Under the pieces are notes generated by a model that worked only from the letters and a program-made list of their open reading frames with translations, was not told where the DNA came from and ran no database searches. Position numbers and translations under genes: made by a program. Below, piece after piece: positions 24,701 through 33,438 of a stretch of 38,985 bases of DNA. The stretch comes from an archaeon (GTDB taxonomy: Archaea > Nanobdellota > Nanobdellia > Woesearchaeales > JAHJEM01), in NCBI GenBank assembly GCA_020057445.1, contig JAGVFV010000093.1, positions 1 to 38,985 on the forward strand, given 5' to 3'. Each line of letters begins with the position of its first letter. Position 1 is the first letter of the stretch.

Positions 24701-27700
24701 GCAAATGATTATTCAGGATGGCAATTCTCTGGAGCAGGAGACATGAACAACGACGGCTATGACGATATCATCATTGGGGCATATTACCGATCGCAAGGGC
24801 CTACAAACAACGGGAAGGTCCATATTGTCTTTGGAAGGAACAGCGGATTTTCCATGAACATGACGAGCGCAAGCAATGCGAGCTTCATAGGAACGAACGC
24901 CTCAGACTATCTAGGGATAACAGTGGGGTACGCAGGCGATGTGAACGGCGACCTCTTTGATGACGTCATTGTCGGCGCGCCCTATGTGGACAGCAACGGA
25001 GCGACCAATGGCGGAGAGGCATACCTCATCTTCGGACAGGGGTCAGGAGATCCGATCCTGAACATCTCCAGCCTTACCGTGTTTTCGGACAGCAGCTACA
25101 TCAATGACATCACCAACAGCACATTCTATCTTTCCAACCCCCAGAAGCTCTACATCCAGGCAACAGCAGTGGGAGGAAGCAATCTGCGCGTGGAGACAGT
25201 CATGATCCTTGCCAATTCTTCAGACCACAGCCTTCCTGTGAAGGTCAAGCTTAGGGAGACATCGACAGGTTCGAACAATTACCGCGGTTTCATCAAGGTC
25301 CGCACAGGAGCGACAAGCAAGCGCTTCAACACTGTCCAGGCGACAAACCTCTCCACGCTCTACTTCTACAACTACACCAACCAGGCAAAGTATTGGACAG
25401 TGCGTGCTGATTATCGGCAGGATCCCTGCAGCCCGAACAGCACGTGGGTGGTCACAGACACGGTAAACTGCACAGGAAAGAGCATCATCAACGCCACGTC
25501 TCTCGTCATAGGGCCGACCGGCCATCTCGTCACCAACTATACCAATGTCAACATCACGGGAAACGTCACCATCAATGCGAGCGGAAGCTGGGATGCGTTC
25601 AACAGCAAGGGATCCATATGGGTCGGTGGCAACATAACAGTAAATGGCTATGCCAACTTCACGAACGTCACCTTACGCATGAACGTCACGTGCGACGGGT
25701 GCGGAGGCATCAACGTCACCTCGACAGGGACGCTTGTCATCAATGACTCAACCAACATCACCTACGGAGAGAACGTCAACAACAACTATTTCTTTACTGT
25801 CGAACAGGGAGCAAACCTCACCATCACGAACAGCAATATCGAATTCGCAGGATGGAACGATCCTGGCACAGGGGAATTGACCCCCTCGTACGGACTCATG
25901 GTCATGACCAACAATAGTGTCTTTCGGAACGTCACCTTCCAGAACAACTATTACGACATCTTCCTCTGGTATGCCAATAATACGCTCATAGATAACTGCA
26001 GCATGACTGCTGCAAGAGGGGGATGGTCACCAGTCATCTACACCACTACAGGAAACAACTTCACGAACATGAGAGTGACAACGATCGCGGGCGCGTGGAT
26101 AGACTATAGTGCCAACATGACCTTTGAGAATGTCAGCTTCAGCGGAGGAAGCGACATCGCGCTTCAATTGACTGGATCTTCAGACAATACTTTTAGGAAT
26201 TTCCATGCAAGCTCCTCTGCTGATGCGCCAGTCTTTCTTCAGGTCAGCTCAAACCGCAATATCTTCCTCAACTCCACCATCAGCTCTGCGAGCGGAAGGG
26301 CAGTTGCGCTTAGTTCAAGCAACCTCACTGTCTTCTCCTCCACCATCTTCTCATCTGTAGCATCAGGCAGCCTTGCAAAAGACATCAGTTTTCCGTCGAG
26401 CCAAAAACACGTGGTTGAGGCGCGTAACAGCACCATCAACTCAACCAAGATCGACACTGGCTCAGGGAGCCGTGTCATCATCAGGTCGTTTGTCCGTGCC
26501 TATGTCGCCGACACGCAAGGCAATGCCGTCAGCGGAGTGAATGTCACGACATTGAACCTGACATCGCAAGAGGAAAACTACAGCTACACAGACATACAAG
26601 GCAATTCCGCCTTTGTAAACCTCACCCAGCTCTTTGTCAGCGGAACAACAGACACAAGGACAGACTATAACAATTACACATTCATCCTTTCCAAGAACAA
26701 CTACTTTTCCGAGACAGTCTCGTATAACATCACCAATGGATCGCAATACAACGTGACGCTCTACAGCTACTGCGACTTCAATGGATCAGACATGCACGTG
26801 GTAGAGGACCTGACCTGCTGGAACAGGACAGGAAGCGCAGGCCTTATCAACATCAGCCCTGGAGTGAACCTCACCTTCATCAACGTCACGCTCAACATCA
26901 CTGGAAACGTCTATATTCCGCAAAACGCTACCTTTGCCATCATCAACTCAAGCCCGGCATGGACCGCTTTCCAGGGCTCTGCCGGAAATCCGACGGCTGT
27001 TCGCGTCAGGATGCAAGGCAACATGTCAGTGAACGGCACGCTCAACATCACGAACACAGCTCTTGGGTTCAACGGCAGCTGCAACACGTGCGCAGGACTG
27101 AACATCACAGGGAACATCACCATCAACGGAAGCAAGATCACGCGCGCAGAAAGCGCGACCAACTACTTCTTCACTGTCTACTCGCCAAGCAACCTCACCA
27201 TACAGAGCTCCCAGATAGAGTACTGTGGCTGGGGAGCGATGACGCCAGTCAGCGATCCGAAAGGAGGGCTCCTCATCAAATCCAACAATTCCATCATCAT
27301 CAACACGACCTTCATCAACAACTCAGTCGACATACGATTCAGCATGGCAAACAACTCCTACATCGTCAACAACACATTCGAATCGCCGTCAAACGGCTAC
27401 AACATGGTCCTTGGCACATCCAGCAGGTACAACAACATCACCAACAACACCTTCAACGGGACAAAGACAGGGATATATTTCTCCGGATCTGACAATAACT
27501 CCTTCACCAACAACTACATCAATGTCTCTGAAAATGGGATATACCTTGCATCATCTCACAACGAGACCATCAAGCACAATTTCATAGCGGCACTCGGGTC
27601 AGGACTGCGCTTATTCACGAGCAGCGACAACTGGATCTACGATGTCAACATCACCGACGGATCAGAATATTACGGTATCCTCATTGTTGGCCATCGCAAC

Positions 27701-30700
27701 CTCTTCCAATATGTGAATGTGCACTGGTATTCTTCAAACTCGAGCGCGGTCACCTTCGCCAATATGGACGCGAACAACGAATTCTGGCGCTCCAGCCTCA
27801 TCAATGAAGGCTATGACTCACTGACTTTCTTTCGTGGCAATGCCAACCTCTTCACAGATTGCTACTTTGAATCTGCTTCAGGACGGTATGACGTCGAAGG
27901 CACGTATACTGCTTCTGCAAGCTTCAATACCATCCTCCTCAACGCCAGTCTTACTACACGAAAGGTCCTTGGACAGCCAGGAGACAAGGTCTTTGGAAAG
28001 CACCGCTTCAATGTCAAGGTCAGCGACTATGCGGGCGTTGTCCAAGGGGCAAACGTCTCCATCATAAATGGCTCCTCAACCCTTGAGAACTGGAGCCTAT
28101 CCGACGCATCAGGCCTTTCCCCCCTCCTCAACCTCAGCTCATTTTATGCAATCTTCCTCAATTCTAATCCCTCCTGGGAGTCCAACTTCACTATCTTTGT
28201 CAACAAGACAGGATACCACAACAAATCAGTCTCAGTCAACATCAGCCAAGGCTACCCCTACAACATCACCATCAACGTCCTCCCGACAGTCGCGGCCCAG
28301 GCAGCAAGCCCAAGCCCCCAAGGATATGGGAATAACGTCACCATCGGGGTGAACTTCTCAGATTCCGACGGCATAAACGACGTGTCAGCCGCAAAAGTCG
28401 AGATCGACCCGCCAGGAAGTCCTGCTGCTGAAAACTTCACCATGACTGAGATCGGCACAGTTGCCGCAACAGACAGGTTCCAGTACAACTACACCGGCTG
28501 GCACCATGGCAACTACTCCTACAAGTTCTGGATATACGACGCATCAACAGACTGGATAGACACAGCCGCGTCCACCTTCGAAGTCAATGCCAACATCACG
28601 ATCAATGTGCGCACGATAAAAGACACCTACTCCCAGATGGAGGTCGTCTACCTCACCGACCCGCCAGACGAGATATTCATCCCGCCAGCAATTCCGGCAT
28701 CGCGGCTGCCGGCATTGCAGGACAGCGTCGAACAACAGGCCATCGCCGAAAATGAGCCAGCCCAAAAAGCCAGAAACATGCAGCGTGGACTAGTTGATAA
28801 AAACAAGGACACAGGACCTCCCTTTATTACCAACGCGTTCGCCAACCCTCCGGACGTCTACCCTGGAGACAACATGACTATTTCTGCCGACATCATCGAC
28901 CCTTACGGCATCATCTCTGCATCCGCAATCATGCCCCACGAGAAAGGAGTGGACAACATATCGCTCAAGCTCACAAAAGGGACAACGTACAACGGCACGT
29001 GGCAGGTTGTCTGGCCTGTCCACGACACGATAAAGAAAGCATACACAACCACAATAACAGCGACGAACACGCAAGGAAAGAGCGCGACGTTTCCACTTTC
29101 CTGGACAGACGTCACGTACGTCTGGATTGACCAGGATGTGGAGAATGTGTCAAGCTACAGCAGGTCAGGAGCGTTATACTGCACTAATCCTGCAAACGGA
29201 TATGATGAGGGATGGGGAACAATGACAAATTCGGGATCAAATGTCTGCTATATCTTCATCAACTACACCATACCCCGCTATGTGACGAGCATAAAGGATG
29301 AACTCAAAGCAGACGGTTCCAATTACGCTGTAGTCTATGACTGTTATAACCATTCAAGTGGTGCTTGGATAAATATCGGACAGTCTACAACAGCGGAGAC
29401 CATCAATATCACACCTCCTGCTGCATGCCTCAACGGCACCAACCTCTCCATGCGCTTCGTTTCCGTAGGTGATCTGGGAGAACCCGGAGGACAATTTTTC
29501 GAAGACAAGGCATGGTGGTACAAGAAGGTCGGACCGTACTATGACAACTTCATCAACGGCACCAACACGACAAACATCGGTATCATCGGAGCCGCGGACA
29601 CGAGCACTGCACTCATCCTCCAGACCAACAACAACCAGAGCAAGATCGCCTGGGAATCAAACGTCACCATCAACAGCACCTGGAACTTCGACGACGTCAT
29701 CACCTTCAACGACTCCTACCTCTACGTCAACACCAACTTCTACCCGAACCTGAACGCTAAGGCGACAGTCACCATCTCAAACCTCTACTATAGAGACTTC
29801 ATCCTCTACAAGGACGGCAGCCTTTGCACAGACTGCCTCATCATCTCGAACACGGGGAACGGCACCATCACCTTCAATGTCAGCGGATTCTCCAACTACA
29901 CCTGGGCAGAAGGAAACCAGTCCAAGATCACGAACAACGGAACGACAGCGGTGAACGTCTCCCTCCTCATCAAGATCCAATATTACAACAGCACAGACTC
30001 CATCTGGTATGACGAGGCGCTCATCGTCAACATCACCAACGTCAGCATAGCGGCAGGAGGATCAGTGAAGCTCGACGACTTCTTCAACGGGTTTGTCAAC
30101 ACCTCTGACGACCTCATCCACGGGTCAGGATGGTACAGGGTGAACGTGAGCCTCACGAACGCCTCATCCTTCATGCTCACCAACTACAGCACAGGAGCGA
30201 TCTCTAGCGTGTACAACTTCAGCTACCTGAACAACTCAGTCCCCATTGTCCAATACGTCCAGCTGCTTCCCCCGTGGGCGCAGACCAACGATTCGCTGAC
30301 GATCTACGCCAACTGCACTGATGCAGACGTCTCTGATTCAGTCACAGCGTCTTACACTTTCTACAAGAACGGCACCAACACGAGTTCAGGGACAGCATCG
30401 ATCACGAAGAGCACGAATGCGACTGTCGCGACGCTCTCCGACTCTTCGACGACGAAGAGCGACATCTGGACAGCAAGCGTCAGCTGCAAGGACAGCTACA
30501 ACTCATCAGCCTACACAAACTCATCCACAGTCACCATCCAGAACAGCGTGCCACAGACAAACCTTGTCCTCCTCCTCCCGACGAACCCCAACACGACCGC
30601 GTACCTCAACTGCACCTTTGCCATCGCCGACAATGACACGACAGACCGCCTGACTGTCTTCTACAGATGGTACAACAACAGCGAGCAATATTCCAACGGA

Positions 30701-31927
30701 ACGCTCGTCTACAGCCTCACGAACAACTACACACTTCTTTCCAACGCAACCACGTCCAAAGGAGACACGTGGACCTGCTCCATCAACGCCACCGACGATA
30801 TCGGTGTCAATAATTTCACCAACTCATCTTCTGTCACCATCGCAAATACCATTCCCACGGTTCCCGCTCTCGAGGTCCCGACGAGCGAGAATTTCACAGT
30901 CCATAACCGATCCACCACCTTCAACTGGTCCAACAGCACTGATATGGATGGCGACGCCATCACCTACGACATAGACATCTCCTCAGATACTGCGTGCGCA
31001 GGAGGAGGATTCACAGACACCGGCCTGACAGTATCTCAATATACCTACGCCAGCGAGCTCTGCACCCAGGACGAGACAAGCCTCCTCTACAACTGGACTG
31101 TTCGCGCCTGCGACCCGACTGGCTGCAGCGCCTGGACAACGCCATGGAACTTCTCCATCGAGCCTTGGATCGTCATCGCCTTCGCCACAGACAGCATTGA
31201 CTTTGGCACGTGGCAGGTGAGCGACGAGAACACCTGGAATGATACGTCAGACAACCACCCTCCTCCCTTTGTCATAGAAAACAACGGCAATGTCTACTCC
31301 AACCTCACCAATGTCACAGCGAACGCAAGCCTCTGGAGGTCCCCGCTCGCAGGCCTTGGCACCCACTACTTCCAGATCAAGGTCGACGAGACCGCGGAAT
31401 CGACATCCTTTGACTGGGGGACAAGCCAGACCACCTACATGAACCTCACTTCGACCAACCAATCCCTCATCAACAGGCTCGGCTATAATCCCCTAGCAAA
31501 CAGCGCACAGCTCGACATCAACATCACGCTACCCCAGAACGAGCCGGCAGGAAACAAGACAGCGGCGATCATCCTCTGGTTCGAACAGACGCCATCGACA
31601 GCCATTCCATCCTGTGATGGATATTATGCACTAGGATACTGCTGGTACCAAGACAACACTACAGAAACAAGCTGCGACACCATCTGCCTAGACCACGGAG
31701 GCTGCGTCAATGAGAATTGGAACGATAACAATGAATGTTCTGTCTGCGCTCATTTCAATCAGGAAAATGAAGGATGCTTTGAGGATGCCTCTTCGTATAC
31801 ACCGCTCTTATTCAGGGACGGAGTCCCAAATGGTGTTTGTAATTATAGAGACTCAGGAACAAGCCAAGACTGTGCAAGCACAGGTCCAGATGAATTTGCC
31901 TATAGGATGTGCGCATGCGAAACGTAG
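21776..31927 (+). CDS. Giant N-terminally anchored surface protein (3,383 aa): cadherin-like domain, 7 FG-GAP repeats, two right-handed beta-helix modules, Ig-like repeats and a Cys-rich C-terminal domain
   Basis: The frame is uninterrupted. ATG at 21776 is chosen because the upstream extension to 21647 overlaps the HTH gene out of frame. Domains seen:
- about 85 aa of cytoplasmic N-terminus, then TM AFPALVLFSLLFLLFAYSLSFVF (about 22000-22070)
- cadherin/dystroglycan-like domain LDYFSDLDEDELSFTL...TLTVSDGTDN
- seven GD(V/F/M)NxDGxxD FG-GAP blades (about 23630-25050)
- PbH1-like beta-helix repeats (about 25440-26470 and 26770-27960)
- 12 Cys in the last approximately 105 aa
- very dense N-X-S/T sequons throughout. 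Confidence 0.9.
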   Translation: MADSDIKKLEHLRDETSRVHHQLLRLSAEGKMTDADFWQNHKKLFSGQTEEEYYLRINFRIRSLKTTSNVRPTRRAFPALVLFSLLFLLFAYSLSFVFGPTGFVIREGYITKTLDINTTYTGTTYIPLTLHNLRTLTITGTLTGEGEIILHSENQSYLVYSSNISNESYALDYFPDIAFNDTCDQTCSLPDITTTVLEIRLPSSTLHLDKITYTFFIRNRKPSALAPVPSFSMRSNRTLSSLDYFSDLDEDELSFTLTPNPYIRLAHTGHDLIFASTGIPGEYTLTLTVSDGTDNITSNPFTVTVLDKEPFTISESARHPPIRIGVPVIWEKNITAQNSLNTTTEKPVTFSLPREATRLSISKISDNTTLNPAILVVEDNATDITYSFTDTFSPETLTNYILSYETPSPTLTEETLSASKKRITISSTLPYENIIARTIITPAEKSTIYLYHIVNGERQPFPISGYIDPDGDGLIDIIEWTVPHLSEQVFEVDIIILNVQSFPMIGGNWTVLFNTTGTADLSISAVNGTTYNTSPSDLTPVMLQCNSTTLNYSWIGNDSITYADYSCDNATGSWIVHVNTGGSHHQEFSFGNATVFADNYASGAFRLNLNVSGSGDNTSNASFWGEAASDTFGLAVNGIGDFNKDGYDDFMICAPAYSGSKGKGYIVFGRPSVWNMDTSAFSTGDNKTNGSFQGEAASDSACSSYQGGVGVGDVNGDGYADIVMTASGRDNSGANNGEAYLIFGNNSGWGYNISLANANASYYGEQGSGSSGLNFAAGLGDVNGDGYDDFAIGDYATKASNASAAGKVYVFFGRAASWQTDQNITMAANATFLGYNISDNLGARLDGVGDVNNDGFDDFLLSASTAKVGASVVGKLYLVYGRNTTWSRDINVTGTSDNTTNASFFGLASDNMGNPKWIGDVNGDTRPDLGMSASGRNSSKGETYFWLGGTAFTLGMYPNGNTVNNVSNVSVWGEGANDYSGWQFSGAGDMNNDGYDDIIIGAYYRSQGPTNNGKVHIVFGRNSGFSMNMTSASNASFIGTNASDYLGITVGYAGDVNGDLFDDVIVGAPYVDSNGATNGGEAYLIFGQGSGDPILNISSLTVFSDSSYINDITNSTFYLSNPQKLYIQATAVGGSNLRVETVMILANSSDHSLPVKVKLRETSTGSNNYRGFIKVRTGATSKRFNTVQATNLSTLYFYNYTNQAKYWTVRADYRQDPCSPNSTWVVTDTVNCTGKSIINATSLVIGPTGHLVTNYTNVNITGNVTINASGSWDAFNSKGSIWVGGNITVNGYANFTNVTLRMNVTCDGCGGINVTSTGTLVINDSTNITYGENVNNNYFFTVEQGANLTITNSNIEFAGWNDPGTGELTPSYGLMVMTNNSVFRNVTFQNNYYDIFLWYANNTLIDNCSMTAARGGWSPVIYTTTGNNFTNMRVTTIAGAWIDYSANMTFENVSFSGGSDIALQLTGSSDNTFRNFHASSSADAPVFLQVSSNRNIFLNSTISSASGRAVALSSSNLTVFSSTIFSSVASGSLAKDISFPSSQKHVVEARNSTINSTKIDTGSGSRVIIRSFVRAYVADTQGNAVSGVNVTTLNLTSQEENYSYTDIQGNSAFVNLTQLFVSGTTDTRTDYNNYTFILSKNNYFSETVSYNITNGSQYNVTLYSYCDFNGSDMHVVEDLTCWNRTGSAGLINISPGVNLTFINVTLNITGNVYIPQNATFAIINSSPAWTAFQGSAGNPTAVRVRMQGNMSVNGTLNITNTALGFNGSCNTCAGLNITGNITINGSKITRAESATNYFFTVYSPSNLTIQSSQIEYCGWGAMTPVSDPKGGLLIKSNNSIIINTTFINNSVDIRFSMANNSYIVNNTFESPSNGYNMVLGTSSRYNNITNNTFNGTKTGIYFSGSDNNSFTNNYINVSENGIYLASSHNETIKHNFIAALGSGLRLFTSSDNWIYDVNITDGSEYYGILIVGHRNLFQYVNVHWYSSNSSAVTFANMDANNEFWRSSLINEGYDSLTFFRGNANLFTDCYFESASGRYDVEGTYTASASFNTILLNASLTTRKVLGQPGDKVFGKHRFNVKVSDYAGVVQGANVSIINGSSTLENWSLSDASGLSPLLNLSSFYAIFLNSNPSWESNFTIFVNKTGYHNKSVSVNISQGYPYNITINVLPTVAAQAASPSPQGYGNNVTIGVNFSDSDGINDVSAAKVEIDPPGSPAAENFTMTEIGTVAATDRFQYNYTGWHHGNYSYKFWIYDASTDWIDTAASTFEVNANITINVRTIKDTYSQMEVVYLTDPPDEIFIPPAIPASRLPALQDSVEQQAIAENEPAQKARNMQRGLVDKNKDTGPPFITNAFANPPDVYPGDNMTISADIIDPYGIISASAIMPHEKGVDNISLKLTKGTTYNGTWQVVWPVHDTIKKAYTTTITATNTQGKSATFPLSWTDVTYVWIDQDVENVSSYSRSGALYCTNPANGYDEGWGTMTNSGSNVCYIFINYTIPRYVTSIKDELKADGSNYAVVYDCYNHSSGAWINIGQSTTAETINITPPAACLNGTNLSMRFVSVGDLGEPGGQFFEDKAWWYKKVGPYYDNFINGTNTTNIGIIGAADTSTALILQTNNNQSKIAWESNVTINSTWNFDDVITFNDSYLYVNTNFYPNLNAKATVTISNLYYRDFILYKDGSLCTDCLIISNTGNGTITFNVSGFSNYTWAEGNQSKITNNGTTAVNVSLLIKIQYYNSTDSIWYDEALIVNITNVSIAAGGSVKLDDFFNGFVNTSDDLIHGSGWYRVNVSLTNASSFMLTNYSTGAISSVYNFSYLNNSVPIVQYVQLLPPWAQTNDSLTIYANCTDADVSDSVTASYTFYKNGTNTSSGTASITKSTNATVATLSDSSTTKSDIWTASVSCKDSYNSSAYTNSSTVTIQNSVPQTNLVLLLPTNPNTTAYLNCTFAIADNDTTDRLTVFYRWYNNSEQYSNGTLVYSLTNNYTLLSNATTSKGDTWTCSINATDDIGVNNFTNSSSVTIANTIPTVPALEVPTSENFTVHNRSTTFNWSNSTDMDGDAITYDIDISSDTACAGGGFTDTGLTVSQYTYASELCTQDETSLLYNWTVRACDPTGCSAWTTPWNFSIEPWIVIAFATDSIDFGTWQVSDENTWNDTSDNHPPPFVIENNGNVYSNLTNVTANASLWRSPLAGLGTHYFQIKVDETAESTSFDWGTSQTTYMNLTSTNQSLINRLGYNPLANSAQLDINITLPQNEPAGNKTAAIILWFEQTPSTAIPSCDGYYALGYCWYQDNTTETSCDTICLDHGGCVNENWNDNNECSVCAHFNQENEGCFEDASSYTPLLFRDGVPNGVCNYRDSGTSQDCASTGPDEFAYRMCACET

Positions 31928-31941
31928 AAAATGACAAGACA

Positions 31942-33438
31942 ATGAAAAGACAAAAAATGATGGAAAGGGAATACAGGAAGTGCAGAGAAAACACCCTGCA
32001 TTCCTTCGGACTCCTCTTCCTGTCTCTAATACTATTCCTGATTATTTCCTCAGAGGCGATGGCGCTCGGTATCGCCCCATCGCGAAAAGTCGTCAACTAC
32101 GAGAGCGAATTCACAGTCCAGGCGACGCTCGTGAACAACGACGGACGGCAGATGACACTCTTCATCCTCCCGCAGGGAGAATTCGCACCCTATGTCCTGC
32201 TCGACAAGAACATCATCAAGATCACAGCAGAAGAAGGGGAAGTGAAGTTCACCTACACAGTCAAGGTGCCGAAGAACGCAACCACGCCCGGACAGAATCT
32301 TGTCCGTGTCGCATTCATAGAACTCCCTCCTGACTTCAAGAATCCACTCGTGACACCAGAGGGGCAAGTAGTGGATGTCGGAGAGAAGAGCGCGATCAGC
32401 GCGACCACAGCGATCGTCCAGCAGGTGGTTATCAACGTCCCCTTCCCAGATATCTATGTCGACGGCAGGCTCTACATCACCGGCGAGAGGGCAGGAGAGC
32501 CAGTCGCCTTCTCTGTCAGCCTCTTCAACAGGGGAAGCAAAGACACTGCAGTGGAAGGATATGTGCTTGTCAAAGGGCCGACAAACGAAGAGCTCGCCCA
32601 CATATCCCTTGGAAAAACGACACTCTCTCCAGCCCAAGAATCACGCATCGTAGGCGCCTGGACACCAGAGCACACAGGAGAATATTACGCAGAGGCCTAC
32701 ATCACCTACGGAGAGCGGACATTCACCCTCAAAGAGCAATTCACCGTCGGCGCTCCCTTCATCTCCATCGACACCCTGCGGATCGGCGCATTCCGCCTCG
32801 GCACGATCGCGAAATTCGACGTCGAACTCTCCAGCAAATGGAACAAGATGTTAACAGACATCGAAGGAGAGATGACAGTACTAAACAACAAAGGAGGCAT
32901 CGTCTCGTCATTTGAGACCACACGAAAGGACCTTCCCCCCTACGGCTCAGGCACTGTCACAGGATACTGGGACACCGCCGGAGTCACTGTCGGCGAATAC
33001 GACGTGAACGTCAAGATCAACGCAGAAGGAAAGACAAGCCAAAAGACCTTCCCGACAGTAGTCTCCATAGACTCCATAGAAGTCAAAGAAGGACAAGCAG
33101 CGATAGGACAGGTCATCGGCACAAAGAAAGGAGGCTCGACCACAAGTCTCCTCATCATCCTCGTCATAGTCCTCATCATCCTCAACATAGGAATCCTCCT
33201 CTTCTTCAGGAAAATCAAAGGCGCCCTCGGCAAGCCTCCTTCGCCACCTCAAACCCCACGGACTCCTCCACCCCCCTCCTCAACCAGGCAAGCCCCTCCG
33301 CCTGCAACCAGGCAACCATCCTCCTCGCCTGCTTCGCGACCAGCAACTCCCACCCAACCTGCACCCCGCCCTGCACCATCCCAAACTCCCACTCCACGAC
33401 AAGCAGCCCCTCCAAGTGAAACCATGGTGAACCAGTGA
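31942..33438 (+). CDS. Secreted multi-Ig (CARDB-like) protein with a C-terminal TM anchor and a Pro-rich cytoplasmic tail
   Basis: Signal peptide FGLLFLSLILFLIISSEAMA, then CARDB-like segments (for example AGEPVAFSVSLFNRGSKDTAVEGYVLV). TM is LLIILVIVLIILNIGILLFF, followed by RKIKG and an approximately 65-aa P/T/S/Q-rich tail. ATG at 31942 lies 15 nt after the giant gene's stop; in-frame alternatives are 31909, 31915 and 31957. Confidence 0.75.
   Translation: MKRQKMMEREYRKCRENTLHSFGLLFLSLILFLIISSEAMALGIAPSRKVVNYESEFTVQATLVNNDGRQMTLFILPQGEFAPYVLLDKNIIKITAEEGEVKFTYTVKVPKNATTPGQNLVRVAFIELPPDFKNPLVTPEGQVVDVGEKSAISATTAIVQQVVINVPFPDIYVDGRLYITGERAGEPVAFSVSLFNRGSKDTAVEGYVLVKGPTNEELAHISLGKTTLSPAQESRIVGAWTPEHTGEYYAEAYITYGERTFTLKEQFTVGAPFISIDTLRIGAFRLGTIAKFDVELSSKWNKMLTDIEGEMTVLNNKGGIVSSFETTRKDLPPYGSGTVTGYWDTAGVTVGEYDVNVKINAEGKTSQKTFPTVVSIDSIEVKEGQAAIGQVIGTKKGGSTTSLLIILVIVLIILNIGILLFFRKIKGALGKPPSPPQTPRTPPPPSSTRQAPPPATRQPSSSPASRPATPTQPAPRPAPSQTPTPRQAAPPSETMVNQ

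Noticed and set aside
21977-31462. Many 60-160-aa ORFs on both strands inside the giant gene
   Set aside because: They are fully nested in a long, continuously coding frame. They have low-complexity or Arg/Cys/His-rich translations typical of off-frame reading of an Asn/Thr/Ser-rich gene.
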